A stretch of DNA of 57,292 nt, filler included, from Jimgerdemannia flammicorona (taxonomy: Eukaryota): assembly GCA_003990765.1 (NCBI GenBank). It is 3 parts of 3 records of this genome, joined end to end, with 100 filler letters (N's around TTAATTAATTAA, not from the genome) between each part and the next. Parts side by side here need not be neighbours in the genome. Positions count along the whole stretch, not along the records: positions 19,135 to 38,166 come from RBNJ01002045.1; 2 more parts are not named here. The stretch is one strand, 5' to 3'. Made by a program: the position numbers and the translations under genes. Within the stretch, counting starts at the first letter, position 1; each line of letters begins with the position of its first letter. Below, in pieces: positions 26,420 to 37,800 of this stretch. Under the pieces are notes generated by a model. It was not told the DNA's origin. It did not search any database and saw nothing but the letters and a program-made list of their open reading frames with translations.

Positions 26420-27030
26420 AGGATACCAAGAGTATCAATCCCAAAGAAATCAGAATCCATGTAACAGTTTCTGTCTAAGACCATGTCCAGGCAGAGCCTG
26501 TTGACAGTCATTCCTTCGACCTTCAAGATATCCAAAAAAAGGCTATCCATCGCCGTCAATGACTTCACTGTAAAGCCCAAGTCAGCGGATCTCAGAAAAT
26601 ACGGCAAAGATTTGTTCTGGGCCCTCATTTCGCAACATGAGTCCAGTCCCGCCAGGCGGCTGCTGCAGGATATGTTACCACCTCACCCAAAGAGTAGGGT
26701 CCTGCTCGAGCTCAACGGTGACCACGACCTCGACGTTATTCCCTGGGAATACGCATGGGGTAACAATGGGTATCTGGTCCATCAATGCATGTTCGCACGC
26801 GTGCACAAACCGAAGGTGCCTCAACCACCAAAACTTCCCGTCCCCATCATCCCACCAGACGATCCCAACGCCAGATCTGCATCTAGGCGATCAATTTCAG
26901 ACACTATTGAGTATGAGAAAAACAGACAAGCAGTATTATTGGAGCGTGTGTTCCCGCCAACCGTCGAGCGAATGGGCGTGTTGCTTATGAACAAGCCTGG
27001 GATGGCCACCGTACTTCATTTCATGGACAC
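26420..27030 (+). pseudogene. CHAT-domain (caspase/HetF-like) protease pseudogene fragment
   Basis: LRKYGKDLFWALI…RVLLELNGDHDLDVIPWEYA…FAR…VLHF match CHAT motifs. At about 27020, CAT TTC ATG GAC AC restores HFMGH with one added G. Another probable frameshift in the A-run near 26535. No downstream catalytic Cys motif seen. Confidence 0.65.
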
Positions 27031-28659
27031 TGTATTTGTGTTCTCTCTTCACCGAGGTTGGCGGCACTATAGCAATGTGGCTCATAGCTTGGCATTGAGC
27101 TTTATATAATCCAAGGCACGAGTTTGGTGACGCATCCCATTTAAGGTTGTGGAACGATGATGTTGACCGAGGTCCGTCACTCTACGCATGCTGAATGGTT
27201 CTACGCATACTCTCGAGGGATACGTGTGGGCTTATGCGTGGGCTTACGCGTGGGCTTACGCATGGACTTAAACGGAAACCCTTATGCATTTCGAAGTATT
27301 GGTATAGGAAATTTTGGAACGAGTTACCCAAGGAATTAGCGTAGCACCATACTAGTGAACCATGTGACAAATTTTGGTGGAACATCAGCAGCGATTGGAT
27401 ATGTTTAACTTCATGGACGAATTCAGCCGTGAAGCCTAAAACGAATCAAAGTCCATCTGCTACCCGTGGCTGATCGTAGCGGCCGGGGTGCCATCTGCAC
27501 CATGTGTAAATTTTGGCCAGGTTTAGATTAGCATGAGCAACTCCCGGGTCTGTTGGAGTTTGGCAACAACTCCACGACGAAGAGGACAGTGAAGGAGTGC
27601 AATCGCTTCAATGTGGTTGTATTTCCGTCATCGGTAGGAGGTCAGGAAGTCGGAGGCGGCGAGCGGAAGTCAGTATTTTGCAATATTCGACATACAATCG
27701 AACGTTTCCAACGTAGTTAATACAATTGAGAGTTGTTTCCAGTATAAATATTTGAATCCACGCTTTTCGTCAACGCCCTTCATGGCTTCCGCGAAAAAAA
27801 AAAGTTGGGGGACGCCTGTCTCGACATCTTGTTCGTACCGCAGCCGGAGCCATGCCTGGCCTATCCTGGGTTCCGCCCAATAAATTTCACAGATTTCAGG
27901 AGCTTGCCGAAAGCAGGTTTCCAATTTTTACCAGTATTGTACGAGGTGGCCGCAATTGTTGGCAGTTAATCATCACATATTCGTTGGTTACAGGATGTTG
28001 TGACCAAAACAATCTATTGTGGGGATGGTGATTGGTATACAGCTTTGACATACGGGGAACATAGTATTCTGAGAGTCAAACCACGCTATTGGTCGATGTC
28101 GGACTTTGTCAGGCTGTAGAAGACGCAAATTCCGAAAAATGCGTCCACGGTCGGATGACATATATTCCTCCAGAGATCTTTGAGAGAGAGCAGTACTGCT
28201 ATGGCAGCTAATGATCGGTGTCCCCCCACAAGGCGAGGCATCGATGCCTTCGAGAGGAGTAATCCTTAGTGCGCCAACAGCATTTAATAATATCTCAAGT
28301 CGATCTCAACCGGCAATCAAACGATCCTGAAGTCCGCCATCAGTTATTAGAATGGGCTTGTTTTATCGAAATTCTTTTCTCCCAGCATATACAAATCATC
28401 AAATTTTAGAAAGGCCTTCAATTATGCCTACCGTTTTCACCCAAGATGCAATTGTATGACTGGCCACCCATCAGCAAGAGACGTTTTCGAATTCATGGAA
28501 GCAAATTTGCACTCAAACAAATTACCAGATAGTACCCTTGTGGCAATCAAATCCAGGTCAGTAGCATGACAGGTCGCAGTCATCTCTGCTCACACTATCC
28601 GTAGATTTATATCTTGTTTAACTTTTTTTTTTAGAGTTGAAATTTATTATATTTATAAA

Positions 28660-29280
28660 AAAAAAAAAAAAAACTACTAGTTAAATATAATTAGTAAGAC
28701 TATGATATATATTAATTTATAAATATTTATAAAATCTTAACTAAACTAAATATAATATAAATTATACTATACTATAATTAAAAATATATATAATATAATT
28801 ATACTGTAAGATTTAGATATAAGCTATCAAATTAACTATAAATAAGATAATAAATTCAGCTAATAATATTAATTAAATTATAAAATATTGTATTCAAAAT
28901 TAATTAGAAATACTATTAATATTATATATATATACTATAATATAATATTATAATTCAATTTCAAGTCAGTCAATAGTATTGACAGATTAATATTTAACAA
29001 ATAAAATTTAAACCAAACATCAGGATGCTAATCTCAATTAAATATATATTTACTTACTCTAAGTAATATAATCTATAGTTATGAATATAATTTATACTAG
29101 AAAAATATCAGCCTAGATACTAATGATATTAGAGAATGTTTAGTAGTAACAGATAAAATAGTTAGCTATATACATATTGTAATACTTGATACTTTGAAAT
29201 TTTATACAATTATCAGATTTTACAAATACGCCATCACCTCTTTCCAATAACATATTCTACATCACACCTATCAATTACTC
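28660..29280. other. AT-rich, strongly CpG-depleted relic, probably hypermutated TE
   Basis: Composition only. Confidence 0.4.
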
Positions 29281-29319
29281 TGAATTACATTTGTGATTAG
29301 CGATATGATATCGTCACCG

Positions 29320-30300
29320 GTCCTCGACCTCATTACAAACAACTACGTCCATGACGAATTTAGCATGCGCTCCAAGATCATCAACTACCTCCGCCACTTC
29401 CTCGACAACCTTTTTTTCCTTGAGGTCGACATGCCAATGATGAACCAGCTGGCAGGAGGCGCCGCCGCTAAACCCTTCATCACCCTCAAGCTCGACCTCT
29501 TCATGGACGTCGCGCTGGAGCTCTTTCTCAAGATGCCCGTCATTGACAGCCTCGATCTTGGCTATGATATCGGACGCCAGTTCAGGAATGAAGGAATCGA
29601 CCTCACCCACAACTCCGAGTTCACCACTGGTAAGTTTTCATGGCCTACGTAGACATCCACGACAAGGTCACGTACCATCCGCAAGGACCAGAGGGACCCG
29701 CCATGGACACCAACTTCATACCCTCATTCTACAAGGTCAATATGATGGGAAAGCTGGGCGTCAAGTTTCCACTGGACGATCAGATGCATACTGATGAGAC
29801 CAAAAATTCTTCTCTGATCTATGTATCAAGAATAATGTCGAGTGCAGCGTACCAAGGACAAACGTGCAGTTGAGGACAAGTAACATTTATTTCTTCAAAT
29901 TTATCTTTTTACAACCAATTGTGCAACTTAAAACTCATACCCAACTCAACCATCCCGTTTTCCCTTTAGCTCGTCGAAGAATACACCGAAGTGGATTGCG
30001 TCAGCCCGACCTTCATAATGGGACACCCGCAGATGATGTCTCTCGGTCTGTGCGAGCGGTTCAAGTGCTTCGTCGCCACCAAGGAGATCACCAACGCTTA
30101 CACTGAACAGAATGACCCCTTCGACCAGCAGGAGATGTTCGCCCAGCAGGCCGCCGATAAGGCCGCGAGCGATGATGAGACGCAGCTCTTGATGGGAACT
30201 TTTGTCAGAGCCTTGAGTATGGTTTACCTACCCATTGGAGGGTGGGTAATGGAGATTTATAGGTTGACAATGTTCTTGATAAATTTGGCGAATATCAAGG
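29320..30300 (+). pseudogene. KRS1: Class II lysyl-tRNA synthetase pseudogene (catalytic-domain fragment)
   Basis: [88 protein letters not shown], and GGW..IYRL.MFL..NIK. Frameshifts and deletions of conserved blocks. An intron-like segment is retained at about 29870-29969. No anticodon-binding domain seen. Confidence 0.92.
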
Positions 30301-31828
30301 CACGTTTGTTTGTTTTGTTCTGGCATATGGAAAAACGGTTAGTGCAGGAAATTGGTCATGGATAGAGCACACCATACCCCTTCCCGTAATTCCACGGATT
30401 GTACAGCCTCTGCCTCTATCTTCAGTAATCTCTGGTCACCAAAAGATATCACACGGAAGCAGTTCTGCCTGGGTGGATGAAAGCAAACCAAGTGGAGGTT
30501 AATGAATCATAAAATAAAATATCGCATTGAACAAATAAACTGTTATCAAGCCACCCGAACACTGTATCACAACGAACCTTCGGGCTCTCGCGTAATACCT
30601 TGAGCAATAGCGACGGATTTCATCGCGGAACTATGGTATTTTCGGGCATAATTGTGCAAGCTTGGCAAGCTATATGGCAAAGGCAGGGTATTTTCGCAAA
30701 TGCTTCCTTCTCCGATAACCCGTACCCTCTATTAACTGCCACCCGTATATGTATAAACCGTAAATGATAATCGATTGGATGAGGATATGTTTGTTGTGTA
30801 TTTGGGCGAATGCGTGCATGAGGAATATTTCTATCTCGAATGCGTTGCATCGGTCAGTTCCAAGAACCCGACATACATAAGGTGTATATACGAACCAGGG
30901 AGGTAGGTGGGAGTGAAAAACCGTATGGAAGACGATTGAGCGTAAAAGGATGACAAGATGTTGGTCGTACAATGAATTTGATAATTGAATGATATATATA
31001 CGTATATTATTTCCTAATCGAGTAAACGTGTCTTTAACGCGCTATCCCTTCGGGATCCCTTTATCTTTCTCGTAGGCTTGTTGTTTAGCACGTGATTGTT
31101 GCGAAAGCGTTTAAGGGGCACGTGTCTCAAAAAATTGGCGTGTCCCAAATCGAGGCTTCGTGGAACGATAATCTTCTACGCAGGATGAGACCGCTAGAAA
31201 TACATCTCGGGCGGGCCGAAGGAAGTACATACGGACTCCCCATATAGTGTAGTATTTTAGTAATGAGATTAGTATAAATAAGGATGTATAGGGTTGCAAA
31301 TAAAGGGCAGTCTAAATCTGTAAGCAGCGTACATTCAGAACGGGTGCATTCAAGCAGGGATCGGATATCCTAGGAATCCTCGTATATATGACAGGTCGCT
31401 TTTCGTGTTCCTCCAGTGGTCCTAAGACGCATTTCATAATCACATAGATCCAACAATTTTCGCACCCTTTATTATCTGCAGATGGTACACCGAAAAGGCA
31501 ATCGGGCCTGTGTCAGAAGCATTGATCTGCTACAAGACTCGTACAAGTCCGTCAATCATGCCCGTCTAGCCCCGGTGTCACTGAATAACTGAATATTCAT
31601 CTCAATAGCTCAATAGTCGTAGCATCGGGTCCATAGTGACTGACACGACATTCATCCGCCCAACGTTGAAACGTGTCACAAGATTTCGAGGTAACAACAG
31701 AACGTCTGAAAGAGGAAACCTGAAAGGAGACCAGATACCTTCTTCGTATGCTGACAATTTCTGGGAAATATTATTGGTTGATAATTCTTCAGAAACATTA
31801 TCCGTATACACCTCTACCTTCATCCCCC

Positions 31829-34800
31829 ATGTCCTCCAACGAACTTCCAACCCCTTCACTTGACGAAATCAAGTCCTGGGATGAACACGGAGTCTGTGAG
31901 CACTTTCGACACCCTCTTCTCCGATTGAAACCCGACCATATAGCCATCTTGCGTGCTCAGGAAACAGATGGAGAGGCACTCATTTTACTCACCAAAAATG
32001 ACCTATTGAGACTACCATATAATTTACCAAGAGGGCCCGTGAAGAAAATTATGAACGAGATTTCCCGATTGAAAAGTGACTATCGTAGAGGGTCATAAAT
32101 ATATCGACGGTCGAGAACATTTTAATGCATTCGCTGGCTGAAACGAGAATATTGCTTTTTTTGATCTCACCAGGAACAGGCTGTCAACAAACATCTACGG
32201 CTACGGAAGGTGTGCGATTTTTCATTTATTGTCTCGACGCAACATACAACTATGTCATCCGGGATCATATTAGAACATGCCTTTCTAACTATTTGGCAGC
32301 CATTTCGCGAAGCACCTATGAAGAACGAATTAAGAACGTTAAAATCGAAATTGAACTGGTGACAAAGAATATCAAATCGACGGCCGACAAGAAAGAGAAA
32401 GATCGACTTTGCAAAGAACGATCAGGACTTCGCGAAAAAGAGCGCCTATCCCTCGCGCTCCAGCTACAAGGTAAGAGGATTATATGTAGTTAGTTTATTT
32501 CAGAAAATTCACCGAAATCCCGCGAGCTTTTGTGGTGACTAATATATACTTTCTCATCCTAGCTCCATCTTCTAATCTGGTGTCGGTTAGTAGTAGTCGA
32601 CATTTTGTGTTGTCGGATTCGCTTGATACAATGTTACCAAACTGTCTTGATCCCCCATTTTTTTTTTGTTTTCTACATATATATAGATCATACAAGACAT
32701 AAAGAACGAAATGGGTGACATAAAGATCGACACTAAAAGTATCCTCAGCAACCTCGACGAACTTCACGACAAGGTTGACAGTCTCCCCAAGCTTATGCTT
32801 GATCTTCATGAAGATACATTCCCCCGACTCTTCTTCATCTTTCCCGAAGATGGTCATTGGTGGGAGCCATCGATTGACAACCTCTTCACGAAAAAATTCC
32901 GTCTATACTTTCTCTGCGAACACGAAACCGTCGAAAACGGCAGCACGAAGAAACAGTTCCATCTGGCATTTCATGACGGCTACCCTGTCGTCCAACCACG
33001 CGAGGTATACTATTTTGATGGTCGATGTGGCATACGCTCCAGCTATCACAATACGGTTGCTAAATGGATCTCTACTTTAGTTTGTAGCTAAATATGGGCC
33101 ATACATACGTATGGTATGTCGTTTTTCTGAGCTTGAGCATCCGCACTCTCTGTGCAGGTTATCTAACATTTCCCTTGCAAAACAGATCATGCCCTGTCTA
33201 ATTCTGGCCGTACTCTTGGGAGGGCGCCTATTGGAATGCGTGCCTGCAGTCGGGAAAGCGGCAGCAGAGGTCCTACGGGCTGGCGGTGACCTTCCTTCAG
33301 TATCAGAATCTGCGATGTTTACTGACCGCGAACTTGAGTTCTGCGCGCAGACTGAGAAGGTTTTTATAACGGTTGTCTCTAACCTCGAGGCTACTGACAA
33401 CCAGGTCAAGAGATACACCGCCGATACTCCATCGTTGGTTCAGCCTCAGGGAAGAGCGCCAGGACTGATAGAAAGACCTGATCTGCGTGGACTCCAAGGT
33501 GCAGCGATACATTGATTTTTCTGTTCAAGTGTTCATGCGCCAATTTTTATATATATTTATTCACGATTTCTTTTGAAATTTTGGTTAATAGCTTATCTTG
33601 AAGGCTTGGATAACGCCAATCGGCTTGGGAATCTGCAGCGCGTGCTTCGTCCTGGGGAAAACGGTAGAGTGGCTGTGCGATGGGTGTGCAAGAATCACGC
33701 CGCGGAATGGCAGACGACAAGCGCTCTTCAGAGTCTTCATACAGTCATCGACAGCAGTTCCATAGATGGCAATGTCACGTTGGATGACGAGACTTGGGAG
33801 CTGACGTTCGTATCATTTACCTAACTTTAAAATACAACACGTGCCTTTAAATCTGCGATGTTTTCGTACTCAATGCTGATTTATTTCAATATCAGACTAA
33901 GGGGATTATCAAGAGGATATTTGCATACATTTCGAAATTCGGTATCGCGTGCGCTGTCTAGTGTCCCTTTGCGAAAAATCTGGTAATTAGTTTTGACTTT
34001 CACCTTTCTTTGTTTGTCTAGAATGATTAATGAGGAATCAAATTACAGTTTTGTAGCTTGTGAAAAGGCTCATTCAGCAGATATAGAAGTTCTTATTACC
34101 ACTGTGACCACCCTTGAAAATCTTATGTAAGTTATTTATTAATATCTTTATTTGATAAACTTAATGTAATAATAGATAATATATATCTTACTATTTAAAT
34201 ACTTATTTAGACTAAAGCAAATGAAGAATATACAGTATGATTACTTTTTATTGATTTTTTTTATTTAATAGTAATAATCTTTATAATTATATTTATTAAT
34301 ATAAAATCAACTTTATCTATCTATAGCATAAAAAATATTATTCAAAAATGTCTTACACTTAGAGAATTCGAATTTACAGGTACATCATAACAATCACAAC
34401 ATTTTTGTGCAGTAATCACATCTTACATTGAAGACTTTCATCTAGAGAAATTTTATATGAGCTTGGAAGAAGCTGTCTAAAGAGAATAATTATAGTGGAT
34501 GAAGTTGTGCAAATGAAGATAAACCTTCAATACTTGAAAACATATAAAAATTAAACTACATCTTTTTATCATTTTCTAACTATCAGCTCTATGTAACTTT
34601 TTTTTGTTTGTCTCTATAGATAGCCACATCAATGATGAGGGAGCCAGTGCAATAGCTGAAGCACTGAAAACGAACAAGAGTCTGAAAAACTTGGATCTAT
34701 GCGGTACGTAGGAATGGCGCGCGTTACATTGGTTTTTTTTTTTTTTGTTATTGCATTCATCTGTTCAGCGTTTGAGCTGATAGCAGCTGCACATGCATTT

Positions 34801-37800
34801 TACGTATTCCTTCCTACGTAGGGAATGGCATCGGTAGTCAGGGAGCCAGCGCACTAGCTGAAGCACTGAAAATGAACACTAACCTGCAAACCCTGGATCT
34901 ATGCAGTGTGTATAATGAAGCACATTATATGATTGCACTCAGCTGTTTCGTATTCCAGCTGATAGCCGCGCGTTGTATTCCACATGTTCCTCGGTAGGAA
35001 ATCGCGTTGGCGATCAGGGAGCCAGCATACTAGCCGAAGTACTGAAAACGAATACGAGCCTGCAAACCCTGAACCTACAAGGTATGTAGAAATGAAGCAC
35101 GTTAAATTTCCTGCATTGATTTGTTTAGCATTCCAGCTGGCAACCACGTATATGCATTGCATATATTTCTCCATAGGCAATCGCATTGGTGAGAAGGGAA
35201 CCAGTGCACTAGCTGTAGCCCTGAAAACGAACACGAGCCTGCAAACGTTGGATCTAAAATGTAAGAATGAAGTGCATTGCATTTTTGATTCACCTGTTAG
35301 TGTTCTGGATGACAGCCACCAATATACCTTTATGAGTTTCTCCGCAGACAACAACATTGGCGCAAATGGAGCGATTGTACTAGCCGAAGCAATGATAACG
35401 ACCAGAAGCCTGCAAAACCTGGATCTATCTGGCATGTAGAACTGAAGCACGTTACAACCCGGCATTCATCTGTTTAATATATCGGCTGACATCCACGATA
35501 TGAATTTCCGTAGGCAAGAGCATTTGCGATCAAGGAGCCCGCGCACTAGCTGAAGCACTGAAAACGAAGACGAGCTTGCAAAACCTGGATCTAACATGTA
35601 GGAATGAAGCGCATCACAATTTTTTTTTTTTTTTTTTTTTTGGCATTCATCCGCCAAGTGTTCTAGCTAACAGCCATGCATATAAATTCGCGTGTTCCTC
35701 AATAGACAATAGCATCGGCGATCTGGGAGCCAGCGCACTAGCCGAGGCGCTGAAAACGAACACGATCCTGCAAAACCTGTATCTACGTGGTATGCAGGAA
35801 TGATGCTCGTTACAACATTTTTTGATTCGTCCGTTTAGTGTTCCGGCTGACAGCCGCGCGTATGCATATATTTCGTGCGTTCCTCTGTAGGGAATGGCAT
35901 TGGCGTTAAGGGAGTCAGCGCACTAGCCGAAGCATTGGCAATGAACACAAACCTGCAAACCCTAGATCTACGCAGTATGAAGAATGAAGCGTATTATATT
36001 TTTGTATTTCATTTTTTTGATGTTGTAGCTGAAACGCCCGCGTATACACGCAATTTGTTCCTCTGTAGACAATGGTATTTGCGAGAAGGGAGCCAGCGCA
36101 CTAGGCGAAGCACTGACAACGAACATGAGCTTACAAAATCTGGATCTATGCGGTATATAGGAATGCAGCGCGTTACGTTTTGAATTCATATATCTAGTGT
36201 TCTTGCTGAAAACTATGGATGGGCACGCATTTTATGTGTTCCTCTGTAGAGAATGGTATTGGCGAGGAAGGAGCCATCGCGCTAGCCGACGCGCTGAAAA
36301 CGAATACGGCCCTGCAAGACCTGAACTTATATTGTACGTAGGAAGCATTTTTAGTGTTCGTCTGTTTAGTGTTCTGACAACCACGCGCGTACATCCCATG
36401 CATTTCTTTGTAGTAAACGGTGTCGGCAGGAAGGGAGCCGTCGCTCTAGCCGACGCGCTGAAAACTAACACGGCCCTGCAAAACCTGAACTTAGTCGGTA
36501 CGTAGGAACGAAGCACGTCGCAATTTTTTGCGTTCATCTGTTTAGTGTTCCTACTGACAACTACGCGCGTACATCCCATGCGTTCCTCTGTAGACAACGG
36601 CGTCGGCGAGAAGGGAGCCGTCGCACTAGCCGACGCGCTGAAAACGAACATGGCTCTGCAAAACCTGAACCTAGAAAGTACGTAGGAACGAAGCGCGTCT
36701 TTTTTTTTTTTTCGATCATCTTTTTAGTGTTCCAGCTGACAACCACGTGGGTACATCCCGTGCGTTCCTCTGAAGACAACCGTGTCGGCAATAAGGGAGC
36801 CGTTGCACTAGCCGACGCGCTGAAAACGAATACGGCCCTGCAAAACCTGAACCTAGAATGTACGTAGGAACAAAGTGCGTCGCATCTTTTTGCGTTCATC
36901 TGTTTAGTGTTCTGGCTGACAACCACCCGCCTACATCCGTGCGTTCCTCCGTAGACAACGGGGTCGGTGAGAAGGGAGCCGTTGCACTAGCTGATGCGCT
37001 GAAAACGAACACGGTCATGCAAAACTTGAACCTATACTGTACGTAGGAGCGAAACGCGTCGCATTATTTTGCGTTCATTTTTTTGCTGACAACCACGCGC
37101 GTATACATCTCGTGCGTTCCTCCCTAGTGAACGGTGTTGGCGATACGGGAGCCGTCGCACTAGCTGACGGGCTGAAAACGAACACGGCCCTGCAAAACCT
37201 GAACCTAGAATGTACGTAGGAACGAAGCGCGTCGCATGTTTTTGCGTTCATCTGTTTAGTGTTCCGGCTGACAGCCACACGCGTATATACATTCCGTGCG
37301 TTCCTCTGTAGTGAACAGGGTCGGCGATAATGGAGCCGTTGCACTAGCCGACGCTTTGAAAAAGAACACGGCCCTGCAAAACCTGAACCTACATTGTACG
37401 TAGGAATGAAGTGCGTCACATTTCCCTGTGTCTATCTGTTTAGTGTCCCTGCTGACAACCACACACGTATATCCCGTGCGTTCCTGTGTAGCCAACAGTG
37501 TCGGCGATTCGGGAGCCGTCGCACTAGCCTGCGCGCTGAAAATTAACACGGCCCTTCAAAACCTGAACCTATATTGTACGTAGGAACGAAGCACGTCATA
37601 TTATTTTTGCTTTCATCTGTTTAGTGTTCCGGCTGACAACCACACGCGTACATCCCATGCGCTCTTTGTAGTGAACGGTGTCGGCGAGAAGGGAGCCGTC
37701 GCACTAGCCGACGCGCTTAAAATGAACATAACCCTGCAAAACTTGAACCTAGTCGGTACGTAGGAACGAAGCACGTCGCATTTTTTTTTATTTTATTTTA

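Noticed and set aside
27221..27270. 12-bp tandem repeat (CGCGTGGGCTTA-like x4)
   Set aside because: Short, degenerate and not tied to any supported gene.
27300..28570. Possible decayed gene on the minus strand (ORF 27670-27924 and flanks)
   Set aside because: Gene-like composition but multiple stops and no family motif I can recognise.
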